Shown here piece by piece: positions 52,871 through 63,700 of a DNA stretch of 64,000 nt. The position numbers were made by a program, and so were the translations under genes. This DNA comes from a virus. Each line of letters starts with the position of its first letter. The first letter of the stretch is position 1. Below the pieces are notes generated by a model, which saw only the letters and a program-made list of their open reading frames with translations, was not told the DNA's origin and made no database searches. The DNA lies in the IMG/VR virus record IMGVR_UViG_3300023179_000072, positions 1 through 64,000 of that record; one strand, given 5' to 3'.

Positions 52871-53818
52871 TTATCTTATATAAATTTCTACTCTTGCAGA
52901 CCTATTGATACCTGTACTATTATTACAACAATTAATTATATCACCAGCTGAATAATTACCAAAATTAGAATCCAGACCAATACCATTGCTAACATCATTG
53001 GTTCCTGCCCAATAACCCCAACTATTACTAAGGGTGGATGGAGAAGAATAATTTCCTTCTCCATTGTCATTCCAACCAAAACCCCATCGTACTCTTGCGG
53101 TACCATAGTTCCAAAAGGGTCTTGGATAACTTTTAAAATTGAATCCATAAAAATTGATATCTTTCTGTGTTGCAAAAATATTATTCCCCCAGTTTGGAGA
53201 ATTTGTTGCTAGTCCTTTAAAATATCCTCCATAGTTTCCTCCTGTATTAACACCACCAGTATTAAAGGTGCCAGCAGTATTAAAAAAATCGATTAAACAT
53301 ATTCTATTTCCATCAAAGAAATTATTCTCCAGCCATGTCCAACAATTAAAAGGATTAGGAGTTATTGCTCCACCCCCATTATTTACTAAAATATCCGGCC
53401 AAATAGCCATAATATCTTTAGCTTGAAAAGTATTCATAATATGAAATTTAGCATCACTATTATTTCTATTAGCATCACTATGATTTAAAGTATTAGCTTG
53501 TGTCCAATAACTAGAAATATAATTAAATTTAGTACTACCCAACGAAGCTTTCATAGCCAACATCCATGCTCCTCCATCAAAAGATGAATCCATTAAACAG
53601 TATGTTAAATTATTATTAATTAAATAAACTCCGTTAGGAGCTGTTGGTAACATATTTTTAATTTCTAAAGCATTATTAAAACTGATTGACCCATTAGTTG
53701 TTGGTGTTATATTATTTGATTCTATAGAATATGGACCATTTCCACAATTATTAGCTGAGTATACTCTAAATTTATAATTAGTATTATTACTAAGATTATT
53801 AATTTTTAACATTTTCAT
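52871..53818 (-). CDS. Partial FN3 plus fibrinogen-C-like domain protein
   Basis: YKFRV-xN..G-GPYS; NGVY-I..YC-M...GG-W-L. Confidence 0.75.
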   Translation of the reverse strand: MKMLKINNLSNNTNYKFRVYSANNCGNGPYSIESNNITPTTNGSISFNNALEIKNMLPTAPNGVYLINNNLTYCLMDSSFDGGAWMLAMKASLGSTKFNYISSYWTQANTLNHSDANRNNSDAKFHIMNTFQAKDIMAIWPDILVNNGGGAITPNPFNCWTWLENNFFDGNRICLIDFFNTAGTFNTGGVNTGGNYGGYFKGLATNSPNWGNNIFATQKDINFYGFNFKSYPRPFWNYGTARVRWGFGWNDNGEGNYSSPSTLSNSWGYWAGTNDVSNGIGLDSNFGNYSAGDIINCCNNSTGINRSARVEIYIR

Positions 53819-53836
53819 TTTTATTTTTCCTTTTTT

Positions 53837-56800
53837 TTATTTTGGATTTATAAAAGGAGCATCAGATGGTGTAAAATTATCATTATATCTTGCAACACCC
53901 TTGGTTATACGGAATTCATCAAAATAACCCAGAATATAACCAGCATTTCCGTTATCCCCACCTATTGCTAATGGCAAATTATCATTAATATTAGCTGATG
54001 AAGATCCTCCACCACAATAAATTCCATTAATATACATTCTTATTGTGCCATTATCTCTAACAACTGCGACATGATTCCACTGATTAGGAACAACAGAAAT
54101 ATTGCCAGGTAAAAAGCTTGATGTTTCATCAATCCACATTAAGACGTTATTTACACCATTATTATAATTAGTATCTAACAAGAAATACCAACCTCCAGGA
54201 TTAGGTGCTGTTGCGGTAGATGCTATTGATCCCCATGTGTAGTACCCCGATATGCTTCCTGTCCAATATAACCAACATTCTATTGTAAAGTTTTGAGTTC
54301 CAAATTGTATAGAAGAACTATTATTTACTATAGCTTTTTTACCCCATGAAGAGCAATCTAACGAATTATTGAATTTGCCTATTTGGTTTGTTATAGCAGC
54401 ACCATTTATAGCATTTACAACATTACTATTAATGGAACTATCAATCAGATTGGTATCTCCATTACCGCTATCCATGTGTAACAGTAGCGAAACATTATTT
54501 ATATAAGGATCAGGATCACTGAATGGAACATTTGAAGGATTACAATAGTCGGGGAACGGCGCGGTGGGCGGAACGAAATTGGAGGTGTAACGGGCCATTG
54601 ACGAGATGCGCAAATCGTCGATGAAACCCGAAAAATTAAACCCGTAGTTCGGGGCACTCCCAATCGAAATGCCGCTATTCGTGACGGGGAACGTCTGAGT
54701 GCTCGTGCCGATTAACGTGCCGTCCTGATACATCGAATTGGTGCCGACATAACGAACGCACGCTATGTGCGTCCATGCGTCAACGCCAACGGAACCGCCC
54801 GCAATCGCCCCTGTGAGTGCGTTGTTCCAGTAGAGCGTTCCGTTTGGCGTCACGTACACGTTCATGCCTCCGACACCACCACGGATGTTGCCGGCCTCAA
54901 AAAAAGTTTGTACGCTACCACCACCGGCGGCGCGTCGCATCCACAGTTCAATCGTAAAATCGCCCGACCAATCAAATCCCGGCAGCGACGCAGACAGGTA
55001 ATCGCCGATGCCGTCGAACGCCGCGGACTGAGATCCGAACTTGCATTGCGCCGACGATTGCGTTGCGTTGCCATTCGCCGTGACGGTTTTGGGAGTGCCG
55101 CTGGAATCGGTAAACGACGATCCGTTGCCTTCCATGTGTAACAGTAGCGAAACATTATTTATATAAGGATCACAATCACTGAATGGAACATTTGGTGGAG
55201 TGAAATTATTAGTATAAACTGCTTTGCTAACTATTCTAAGTTCATCTATATAACCATTTAACACATACTGGGATGCAGGATGTTTTCCTATTATTAGAGG
55301 AGCATTTTCTGTTACAGAATAATATGAGCCACTAGCCTGACTTTGTAGGTTTCCATCTACAAATAAAGATGTTAAATTACCATCGTAAACCACTGCTATA
55401 TGATGCCAAGTTTGGGAAGATGGTTGGTTTATAGCTATATTTCCCCATGATGGACTACCTGGATAAGCCATAGCATTTAACCACTGCCAGTATAAAGTAT
55501 TATTTTCTACAAACAAATTGTATTGTAGTCCATTTACATAATTCCACTCACCTTGTGAAGCTCCTTTTGAGATTAAAACCTTATCTGTATTATCTATAAA
55601 ATTAACAAACATTTCTATAGTAAAGGGTTGATTATTTAATCCGAGATCAAACTTAGTATCATCTGGTATCGAAATATAAGAATCATTCGTACCATTTACA
55701 TATAAACTAGATCCTCCAAACTTGCTTTGATTCGTACTAATTTTTGCATTATTATATGGTGTTATAGATGAATTATAACAACTACTATCAATAAAGTTAG
55801 TGCTTCCATCATTACCATCAAAATGTAGAAGTAAAACACAATCTTGACATTGATTTGAGGTCGGGGTTGGGGTTGGGGTTGGTGTAGCGGTTGGAGTTGG
55901 TGTAGCGGTTGGAGTTATATAAGCATCACAATCACTACTGAATGGAGCAGTCGGAATTGCAATATTACTGTCTGATATTAAATTAAGTGCAGAGCCTGAG
56001 CCTATAGTAAGGCGTAATTCATCAATATAACCAACAAAAGATGGAAAATAATTTTCTCCACCATACCCAATATAGGTAGGCTCAGTATAAAAAGTTATAA
56101 TACTATTATTAAAACCACTACCAGCAAAATTTCCATTTATATACCAACGCCATATATTAGATGCGCGAGAAAATGCAATATAATTCCATTGATTAACCAC
56201 AACCTGACTATTAGCGGATAAATATAAATCGTTAGCATTAGGAAGATTATTTATATGAATTTTAGGAACTAGAGAATCAATATGAACCACAAACTTTGCA
56301 TGATCACCTGATCCGCCGCTAGTTGCATAAATTCCATAACGCCCAGAAGATTGTGTTGGATAAATCCAGCATTCGAAAGCTAAATCACTATCATTAATAT
56401 TAAAATCAGAATCATATTCACTATAGATCCATCCATTGTTGGTAATCATAGAATTACCAAATTTGGCGAACCATTTAAATTGTACTGGATTACCCGGTTC
56501 AGACAATATTAATGTTTTTGGAATATTACTAGAGTCTATAAATACATTACTTCCATCCTCACCATCAAAATGTAGAAGTAGAACACATTTACATTGATTT
56601 GGGGTCGGGGTCGGGGTAATGTATTCGTTCCAAATCGATCCACCATCAATACTATATTCTACTATATATTTTAGTGGTGATTTACCACTATTAATATCTG
56701 ATATTTCATCCCAAATTAGATACGCTTCGCTATCACCCGCTATTGTTAGGATATTTGTAGGAGCTTCTGTTGGTGTTGTACAATTATTAGAATCAGGAAT

Positions 56801-58000
56801 GACACTATTACTATTAACACTATATTTAGTATCATTAATATTATATATAGCTCCAATTCTAAAAATATAAGAAGTTCCATTATTTAAATTTTTAAGTAGA
56901 ATATAATTTAAAGTTGGATCTATATAATTTAAATAGTTATTCCAACTAATACCATTATTAATACTATATTGTATATTATATCCTAATACTTTTAATATAT
57001 GATTATTAGGAAAGCTCCAACTTAAAAGAGCACTAGTATCTCCACTTTCCGCCTCCACATTGAATGGTATATCCAACTTTACTTCACAGGACTCATAAGA
57101 TCCTATACCAGCACTATTTATTGCAGCTACTCTAACTAAATATGTTTTATCAATAGTTAAATTATTAAGATTAATATTTGTATTTATAGAATTATTAATA
57201 TAATCAACCCAATCTATTCCATTATTATTAGAATACTGTATACTATAATTAATAATTTCTCCGCCATTATCATCATCTGGTTTAGTCCATAATAATGATA
57301 TACTGTTATTAGAATCAGCATGAGCAGATAAATTAGTAATATTATTTGGAATCGATATTTGTGTTCCTGTTGATGGAAATGGAGCAAGAATACTATTTAT
57401 ATTAAAATTATCGTTATATCTACATGATCCTACTCCTTTTGTAATTCTTAACTCATCTATATAGCCATTAAATGTTTCACTACCATAACTATGCATACCA
57501 GTACCAATATAAACTTCTCTAGAGTACCCCAAATCAGAAGCTGCTGCCCCACCACTAATTGATAAAGATTGGTTACCATTAATATATACGCTAATATTTC
57601 CATTATTTCTCACCAATGCTAAATGATTCCAAGCATTTAGGGTCACACTATTAGCTCCCCAATTCCAAGATGTGCCATTAAAATATAATTGGTCTCCATT
57701 TGTGCCCATTCTCCATAATAATCCACTATCATATCGTCCTATAGAAATAAGAGTTCTCCAATTAATATTATCTAAAGGATAAATCCACATCTCCACTGTA
57801 AAATCTTCTGTTCCAAATCCAAAAGCAGGATCGCTTTCTATAAAAACATACGGAGATCCACCGTTAGGAGCATAGTCACTTCGTCCACTTAGTTTTAAAG
57901 ATCCCGATTCTGTACCAAATCTATCTTTATTCTTACTTATAAAAGCCCCATTATATAAAGTAACATTTTTAGGGGTTATAGATGAATCAATAATATTCAT
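53837..58000 (-). CDS. Large LamG (ConA-like)/FN3 repeat protein, probable tail fibre or virion adhesin
   Basis: Repeated LLLH-DG..DSS..FTIE-W..W-H-A..G-IDE-RI modules, FN3 domains and PT linkers. Confidence 0.85.
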   Translation of the reverse strand: MNIIDSSITPKNVTLYNGAFISKNKDRFGTESGSLKLSGRSDYAPNGGSPYVFIESDPAFGFGTEDFTVEMWIYPLDNINWRTLISIGRYDSGLLWRMGTNGDQLYFNGTSWNWGANSVTLNAWNHLALVRNNGNISVYINGNQSLSISGGAAASDLGYSREVYIGTGMHSYGSETFNGYIDELRITKGVGSCRYNDNFNINSILAPFPSTGTQISIPNNITNLSAHADSNNSISLLWTKPDDDNGGEIINYSIQYSNNNGIDWVDYINNSINTNINLNNLTIDKTYLVRVAAINSAGIGSYESCEVKLDIPFNVEAESGDTSALLSWSFPNNHILKVLGYNIQYSINNGISWNNYLNYIDPTLNYILLKNLNNGTSYIFRIGAIYNINDTKYSVNSNSVIPDSNNCTTPTEAPTNILTIAGDSEAYLIWDEISDINSGKSPLKYIVEYSIDGGSIWNEYITPTPTPNQCKCVLLLHFDGEDGSNVFIDSSNIPKTLILSEPGNPVQFKWFAKFGNSMITNNGWIYSEYDSDFNINDSDLAFECWIYPTQSSGRYGIYATSGGSGDHAKFVVHIDSLVPKIHINNLPNANDLYLSANSQVVVNQWNYIAFSRASNIWRWYINGNFAGSGFNNSIITFYTEPTYIGYGGENYFPSFVGYIDELRLTIGSGSALNLISDSNIAIPTAPFSSDCDAYITPTATPTPTATPTPTPTPTSNQCQDCVLLLHFDGNDGSTNFIDSSCYNSSITPYNNAKISTNQSKFGGSSLYVNGTNDSYISIPDDTKFDLGLNNQPFTIEMFVNFIDNTDKVLISKGASQGEWNYVNGLQYNLFVENNTLYWQWLNAMAYPGSPSWGNIAINQPSSQTWHHIAVVYDGNLTSLFVDGNLQSQASGSYYSVTENAPLIIGKHPASQYVLNGYIDELRIVSKAVYTNNFTPPNVPFSDCDPYINNVSLLLHMEGNGSSFTDSSGTPKTVTANGNATQSSAQCKFGSQSAAFDGIGDYLSASLPGFDWSGDFTIELWMRRAAGGGSVQTFFEAGNIRGGVGGMNVYVTPNGTLYWNNALTGAIAGGSVGVDAWTHIACVRYVGTNSMYQDGTLIGTSTQTFPVTNSGISIGSAPNYGFNFSGFIDDLRISSMARYTSNFVPPTAPFPDYCNPSNVPFSDPDPYINNVSLLLHMDSGNGDTNLIDSSINSNVVNAINGAAITNQIGKFNNSLDCSSWGKKAIVNNSSSIQFGTQNFTIECWLYWTGSISGYYTWGSIASTATAPNPGGWYFLLDTNYNNGVNNVLMWIDETSSFLPGNISVVPNQWNHVAVVRDNGTIRMYINGIYCGGGSSSANINDNLPLAIGGDNGNAGYILGYFDEFRITKGVARYNDNFTPSDAPFINPK
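54471..55194. repeat. 64-bp direct repeats (54471-54534 and 55131-55194) flanking a GC-rich LamG module
   Basis: 62/64 identical, exactly 660 bp apart, in frame. Confidence 0.92.
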
Positions 58001-58010
58001 TATTTTATCC

Positions 58011-60746
58011 TTATGCGTCCATATGAAGAAGAAGTTTTGTTTTATTATATAGATTATCTGTTGCTCTAGGAGCAACATTTACAGCAGAAGATATTTCGCT
58101 GTATGGTCCAATTCCTGCAAAATTAATATGAGCTATTTTAAAAATATAAGTAGTATTATTTTCTAAATTAACTATATTTATAATATCATTTAATAGATAA
58201 GATATAAAATTATTCCAAGAAGATCCATTATCACTAGAGTATAAAACAGAATAACCTTTACTAGGCGAAGAATAAGTTGTACTTATATTTGGATTTATAG
58301 CTATAAATACTTGCTTATCATCTGGTATGATATTAATTATTTGTGGAATATCAGTTATAGTAGATAATTCAACAATATTGCTATATGGTCCAGAACCAAC
58401 ACTATTAGTAGCTTTAATTCTAAATAAATATGAATTATTTGTGCTTAAATTATATAATTGTCTATTATTAATACTATTATTAATATTAGCACTATATTTA
58501 ATATAGTCTATATGCGAATATAATTCATTACTACAATTATTGCTTTTAATATGATTATGAGAAAAATTCTTAAAACTATTACTAAATATATCATTATAAT
58601 AAGTTTGTACTATTCCATTTATATTTATAGCTAAATTTTTTAATATAGGATTTATTGATATCTTAATAGTATTAAAAATTCCTGGATCAGAAAAAATTAA
58701 ACTATCATGCAAAGACCAAACTGTAGATTGTCCTTGTGGTTCTATACCTACCACAACCCTAGATGGATAATTAATACCTAATGCTGAATTCCACTCTGTT
58801 TCTTCTGTTCCATAGCTATTATAGTATATTTTAACAGACCCTAAATCATTATAAAAAACTATACTAGGATTTCTATTAGTATCAAATGTACTAAGAAAAC
58901 TGATTTCAAAATCAAATAAATTTTGATCTTCAATAAAACTATAAGAACTAAAATTATCTTGAGAATTACAGCAAAGTGTTATTCTATAATTGTTAATACT
59001 ACAATTATTACCTGATAATATTTGAAAATTGTTATTAAAATTTACTAATTTATTTCGAGTATTTAGAGTTATAGTTTTTGTATCGCTATAAATATCAGTA
59101 TATTCTATCCAAGAATCTCCATTATCATTACTATATTCTACAATATAATTATTTATACTAATAATATTATTTTTAGATATTGGATTTGGATAATTTGGAT
59201 TATTCCATGATAAATTAATAATATTATTATATTCTATGAGAGAAAGATCCAAGGGTTCTGAAGGAATAGTTGGAGGTGATCCAAAATCAGGATAAGGACG
59301 ATATGATACTGTAAAATTAGGATATATACCATTATATATACGATATCTTGCTACCCCTTTAGTAACTCTAAATTCATCTATATAACCAGTAAACATCTGA
59401 TTTCCAGTAGTATCACTGCCAATATATGCAGATGCTATTGATGAATACTGTCTATCATCATTAATCGTAGCTGATACAGCTCCATTAACATATAAATTTA
59501 AAATACCTGAAGTTTTTACTAGTGCCAAATGTGTCCATGTTGATAGTGGTATAGATGGCCCATTAATAATATTTTCATTATTATTAGCTACTACTATATT
59601 TCCTGAAGATGTGTTAGCATATATAGCTACTCCCTCAACCGTTGAATCTTCATATCTTCTATTATCAAATAATATTTGATTATCATTTTTATTAGATAAC
59701 CAAACCCAAGCTTCTATAGTATAATCTTCTGATCCAAAACCTAATCTTTCACTATTTTCAATAATTATATAATTACTACCATCAAGATACAAACTATTAC
59801 CTCCCATAACGCTAGTATTATTACTAATAATAGGATTATTATATGGTATTATATTATGTTTATATATCGAATAATCAACTAATAATTTATTTATATCATT
59901 GTCATTATATGATGATATCTCAAAACTATCTATATATCTTGCTATTTTTTTGGTTACTCTAATATTATCCATATATCCAATAAAAGAATACTCAAAATTA
60001 ATTAGTTGTCCAATTAGAGGATTAGATCTTTCACAATTTATATCTTGTGAAAATACCATAGTATTATTTTGTATTTGACCGTCAATAAATAATCTACATA
60101 ATCCGTCTTTTCTTGTAACTGCCACATGTGTCCATTTATTAATTTGTATATTAGTATTTGATTGAAGTCTTGTATTTCCATAAACTCCACCAGGAGTAAA
60201 ATCTAAAACAGAACCATATATACCAAATATATAAGAATTATATGAAATTTCATTTCTTGTTTCTATAAATGGAGAATACGAAGAGTCCAATGAAGTAGGA
60301 TATATCCATAACTCTATTGTGAAATCATCAGTTCCAAAACTTACACAATCAGAAGATCCTATCTCTAAATAAGAATAATCTTTTCCATTAAGATATAAAC
60401 TTGTATTACCTTCTTTTTTTTCATCTGATGATAATTTAGCATCTCCTGCTCCTATAACAGCATTATTATATTTTGATATATCTCTAAAATCTATACTATT
60501 ATTTTCTCCTTCCATATCCATTAATAAAGATGTATTATCTACATAAAAATTATCCATATGTATTAACAAAGATGTATCATAATAATAATCGTCAGTATAA
60601 TATGTTGGGGTTACTAATACGTATCTACTGAATAAGCCGTCTTTATTATTGTTTACAGCAGCAACTCTTACTTTATACGTAGAATTATTTTTTAATCCTC
60701 TTATAGCAATATTAGTATTAGTATTATTAGTAGTAATAGTATTCAT
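58011..60746 (-). CDS. LamG/FN3 repeat protein
   Basis: Two LamG modules and several FN3 segments. Confidence 0.85.
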   Translation of the reverse strand: MNTITTNNTNTNIAIRGLKNNSTYKVRVAAVNNNKDGLFSRYVLVTPTYYTDDYYYDTSLLIHMDNFYVDNTSLLMDMEGENNSIDFRDISKYNNAVIGAGDAKLSSDEKKEGNTSLYLNGKDYSYLEIGSSDCVSFGTDDFTIELWIYPTSLDSSYSPFIETRNEISYNSYIFGIYGSVLDFTPGGVYGNTRLQSNTNIQINKWTHVAVTRKDGLCRLFIDGQIQNNTMVFSQDINCERSNPLIGQLINFEYSFIGYMDNIRVTKKIARYIDSFEISSYNDNDINKLLVDYSIYKHNIIPYNNPIISNNTSVMGGNSLYLDGSNYIIIENSERLGFGSEDYTIEAWVWLSNKNDNQILFDNRRYEDSTVEGVAIYANTSSGNIVVANNNENIINGPSIPLSTWTHLALVKTSGILNLYVNGAVSATINDDRQYSSIASAYIGSDTTGNQMFTGYIDEFRVTKGVARYRIYNGIYPNFTVSYRPYPDFGSPPTIPSEPLDLSLIEYNNIINLSWNNPNYPNPISKNNIISINNYIVEYSNDNGDSWIEYTDIYSDTKTITLNTRNKLVNFNNNFQILSGNNCSINNYRITLCCNSQDNFSSYSFIEDQNLFDFEISFLSTFDTNRNPSIVFYNDLGSVKIYYNSYGTEETEWNSALGINYPSRVVVGIEPQGQSTVWSLHDSLIFSDPGIFNTIKISINPILKNLAININGIVQTYYNDIFSNSFKNFSHNHIKSNNCSNELYSHIDYIKYSANINNSINNRQLYNLSTNNSYLFRIKATNSVGSGPYSNIVELSTITDIPQIINIIPDDKQVFIAINPNISTTYSSPSKGYSVLYSSDNGSSWNNFISYLLNDIINIVNLENNTTYIFKIAHINFAGIGPYSEISSAVNVAPRATDNLYNKTKLLLHMDA

Positions 60747-60762
60747 TTGTTTTATATTAATC

Positions 60763-63700
60763 TTAATTAGTAGTAATATTTCCAGTAATTAAACCACACC
60801 CATTAGACGTTATATTTCCAATAAATATATTTGTAAATGTAATATTGTCCATACTCCCAGAAACAGTAAAGTTAGATCCTCGTACTCCATCGCCATATGT
60901 AGAATAAATTTTTGCTGCTGTTGGTAATCCTATTACTCCATCTCCCAGATCAAGAGTATATGAAGATCCGACTCCTGGTATCTCTCCGCTATCAGAGCAA
61001 TTATCATCAGTAAATACTACAACATTTACATCTATATTATCAATAGTTAATATAATTCTTGAACATCTGGGGTGATGAGACTCTGTGATACTAGTACTAG
61101 TATATTGTAAATATCTATATCCTTTAGGAATATTCGAAGGGGTTGGCGTCGAAGTTTTAGTTGGAGTTATGGTTAGAGATACAGAAGGAGACGGAGTTGG
61201 AGTTGGAGTAGATTCAATTTGTTCCTCAAATGCGCAAATTCCAAAAGTACCCGTGCCCCCACCATATTTCCAGTATTGGATCCATAAAGTTTCTCCCGGA
61301 GTTCTATCGCTTAATGATATAAGAGGTTGATATCCAGGACCAGAATCATCGTCGCAAGTTATTAAATTTAAATTATTACAATCGCTTCCAGAATAAACAG
61401 CCATAGCTCCATCTATTATACCTATACCTTGTATAATTACAGATCCGGATTCCGGAACTATTAAATAGAACCATATACTATTATTATCTGAATAGTTGGC
61501 GCACGGAGGTATCCAGCCACTGATATCTAAGTATCCAATATTATTATAAGTTAAAGGAATACAAGATGATCTATTAACAGACAATTGTATTGCATTACAA
61601 GGATAAATATTAATTTTTTCTATCATTTCATATTCTACTATATAATGGTCGATATTATCATGAATAAAATCTAAAGAATTATAAAGCGTTATATTTATAT
61701 CTATAGTATTATTTGATTCTATAGCTATTAAATCAGAAACTATATTTTGCTTTTTTCTAGAATCTCTAAAAACAAATTGGTTTAAAGAACTATTTGATGG
61801 AATAAAATTATAAGTATAAACAGCAACTCCTTTACAAATACGAAGATCATCTATATATCCTCTAAATTCATTGCCTATTCTAACTTGACCGCTAAATCCT
61901 GACGAATATACTGTAGATTCTAATAAAATACCATTTAAATACATAGATATAATATTTGAGTCTCTAACAAGACAAATATGGTTCCATGTATATCCTTGTG
62001 CTGTTATAGTGTGTCCTCCACCTAAGATATAATTATCATTTCCAAAGAAAAATAATCCTCGATAATCGTCGTGTAACCAAAGACTATGATTACCAATAAA
62101 TACAATTCCTGGCTGTCCACCATACAGGTCTTTTGGTCTGGTATCATATATCCAAAATTCTATAGTAAAATCTTCTTTTTCATCAATTACAATATTTTTA
62201 TCTATTAATAAATAATCTTTCTCCTCAAAGTATCCACTACTTAATCCAAATTTATTTTCATCTTCACTAATTTTTACATTACCATAACAGGTTATTGGTA
62301 ATTGGTATTTGCTACTATCTACAAAATTATTGGTATTATTCTGGCCCTCAAAATGTAGTAATAAAGATGCTGGTATACCATTAGGATCAGAATTATCAAA
62401 TGGATTATTTGGTGGTATAAAGTCATTATCATAACGTGATATACCTTTGGTTATACGGAATTCATCAAAATATGCAAGAATATAACCATCATTTCCATTA
62501 TCCGCACCTATTGCTAAAGGTAGACCATCATTTATGTCAGCCGACGAAGATCCTCCTCCGCAATAAATTCCATTAACATACATTTTTATCACACCACTAC
62601 TACGAACTACAGCTATATGAGTCCATTCATTACTAGGTATAGAAATATTACCATTTAATGGTCCTGATGTTTCATCTATCCATACTAATCCATTATTATT
62701 ATTAGTATCCAATATCCAGCGCCATCCGTTAGTATTTGGGGCCGTAGCCGTAGAAGCTATTGAGCCCCAAGTATAGGAACCAGAGATACTGCCTGTCCAA
62801 TATAACCAGCACTCTATTGTAAAATCATTAGTTCTAAATAATATAGAAGAGCTATTATTTACAATAGCTTTTTTACCAGATGACGAACAATCCAAAGATT
62901 GTTCGAATTTACCAAGGTTATTTGTTATCGATGCTCCATTAATACCATTAACAATATTATTGTTTAATGAACTATCATATAGAGTTGTTGTTCCATTAAT
63001 ACCGTTCATATGAAGTAATAAAGAAACATTAGAATTATAGGGGTCATAATTTTCTAATTGAGTTGTTCTGGGAGTAAAATTAGATATATAAATTGCTTTA
63101 TTATTATTTATAATCAATTCATCTATATAGCCTAATAATGTATATTGATAACCAGCTATAGGATGTTTTCCTATTATTAGAGGAGCATTTTCACTAACAG
63201 AATAATATGAGCCATTAGAGGTTGTTTGAATTTCTCCATCTATAAATAATGAAGTTAAGTTTCCATCATAAACAATTGCTAAATGATGCCAAGATTGTAT
63301 ACTTGGCACAGACGCAAATATCTCGCCATAAGAATTATCACTGTTTAACCATCTCCAATAAATATTTTCATTTTCTATTGACAACGTATACTGTATACCA
63401 TTTATTGAGTTCCATTGATTAATCGAAGCTCCTTTTGATACTAAAAATTGATCAATATTATCTTCTAAATTAATAAATAATTCTATTGTAAATGGCTTAT
63501 TATTTAAACCTAAATCTAAATTTATACTATCCTGTATTAAAAGATAAGAATTATCAACACCCGGTATATATAGACTTGAACTACCTAAATATTTCGTATT
63601 ATTATCTAGTATCACACCTCCATATGGTGTGACTGTAAAATTATTTATAGAACTATCAATAAATGTTCCATCAGGATTAATGTTATCAAAGTGCATAAGT

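Noticed and set aside
54767-55155. Extra ORFs inside the LamG gene
   Set aside because: Shadow frames of the GC-rich module.
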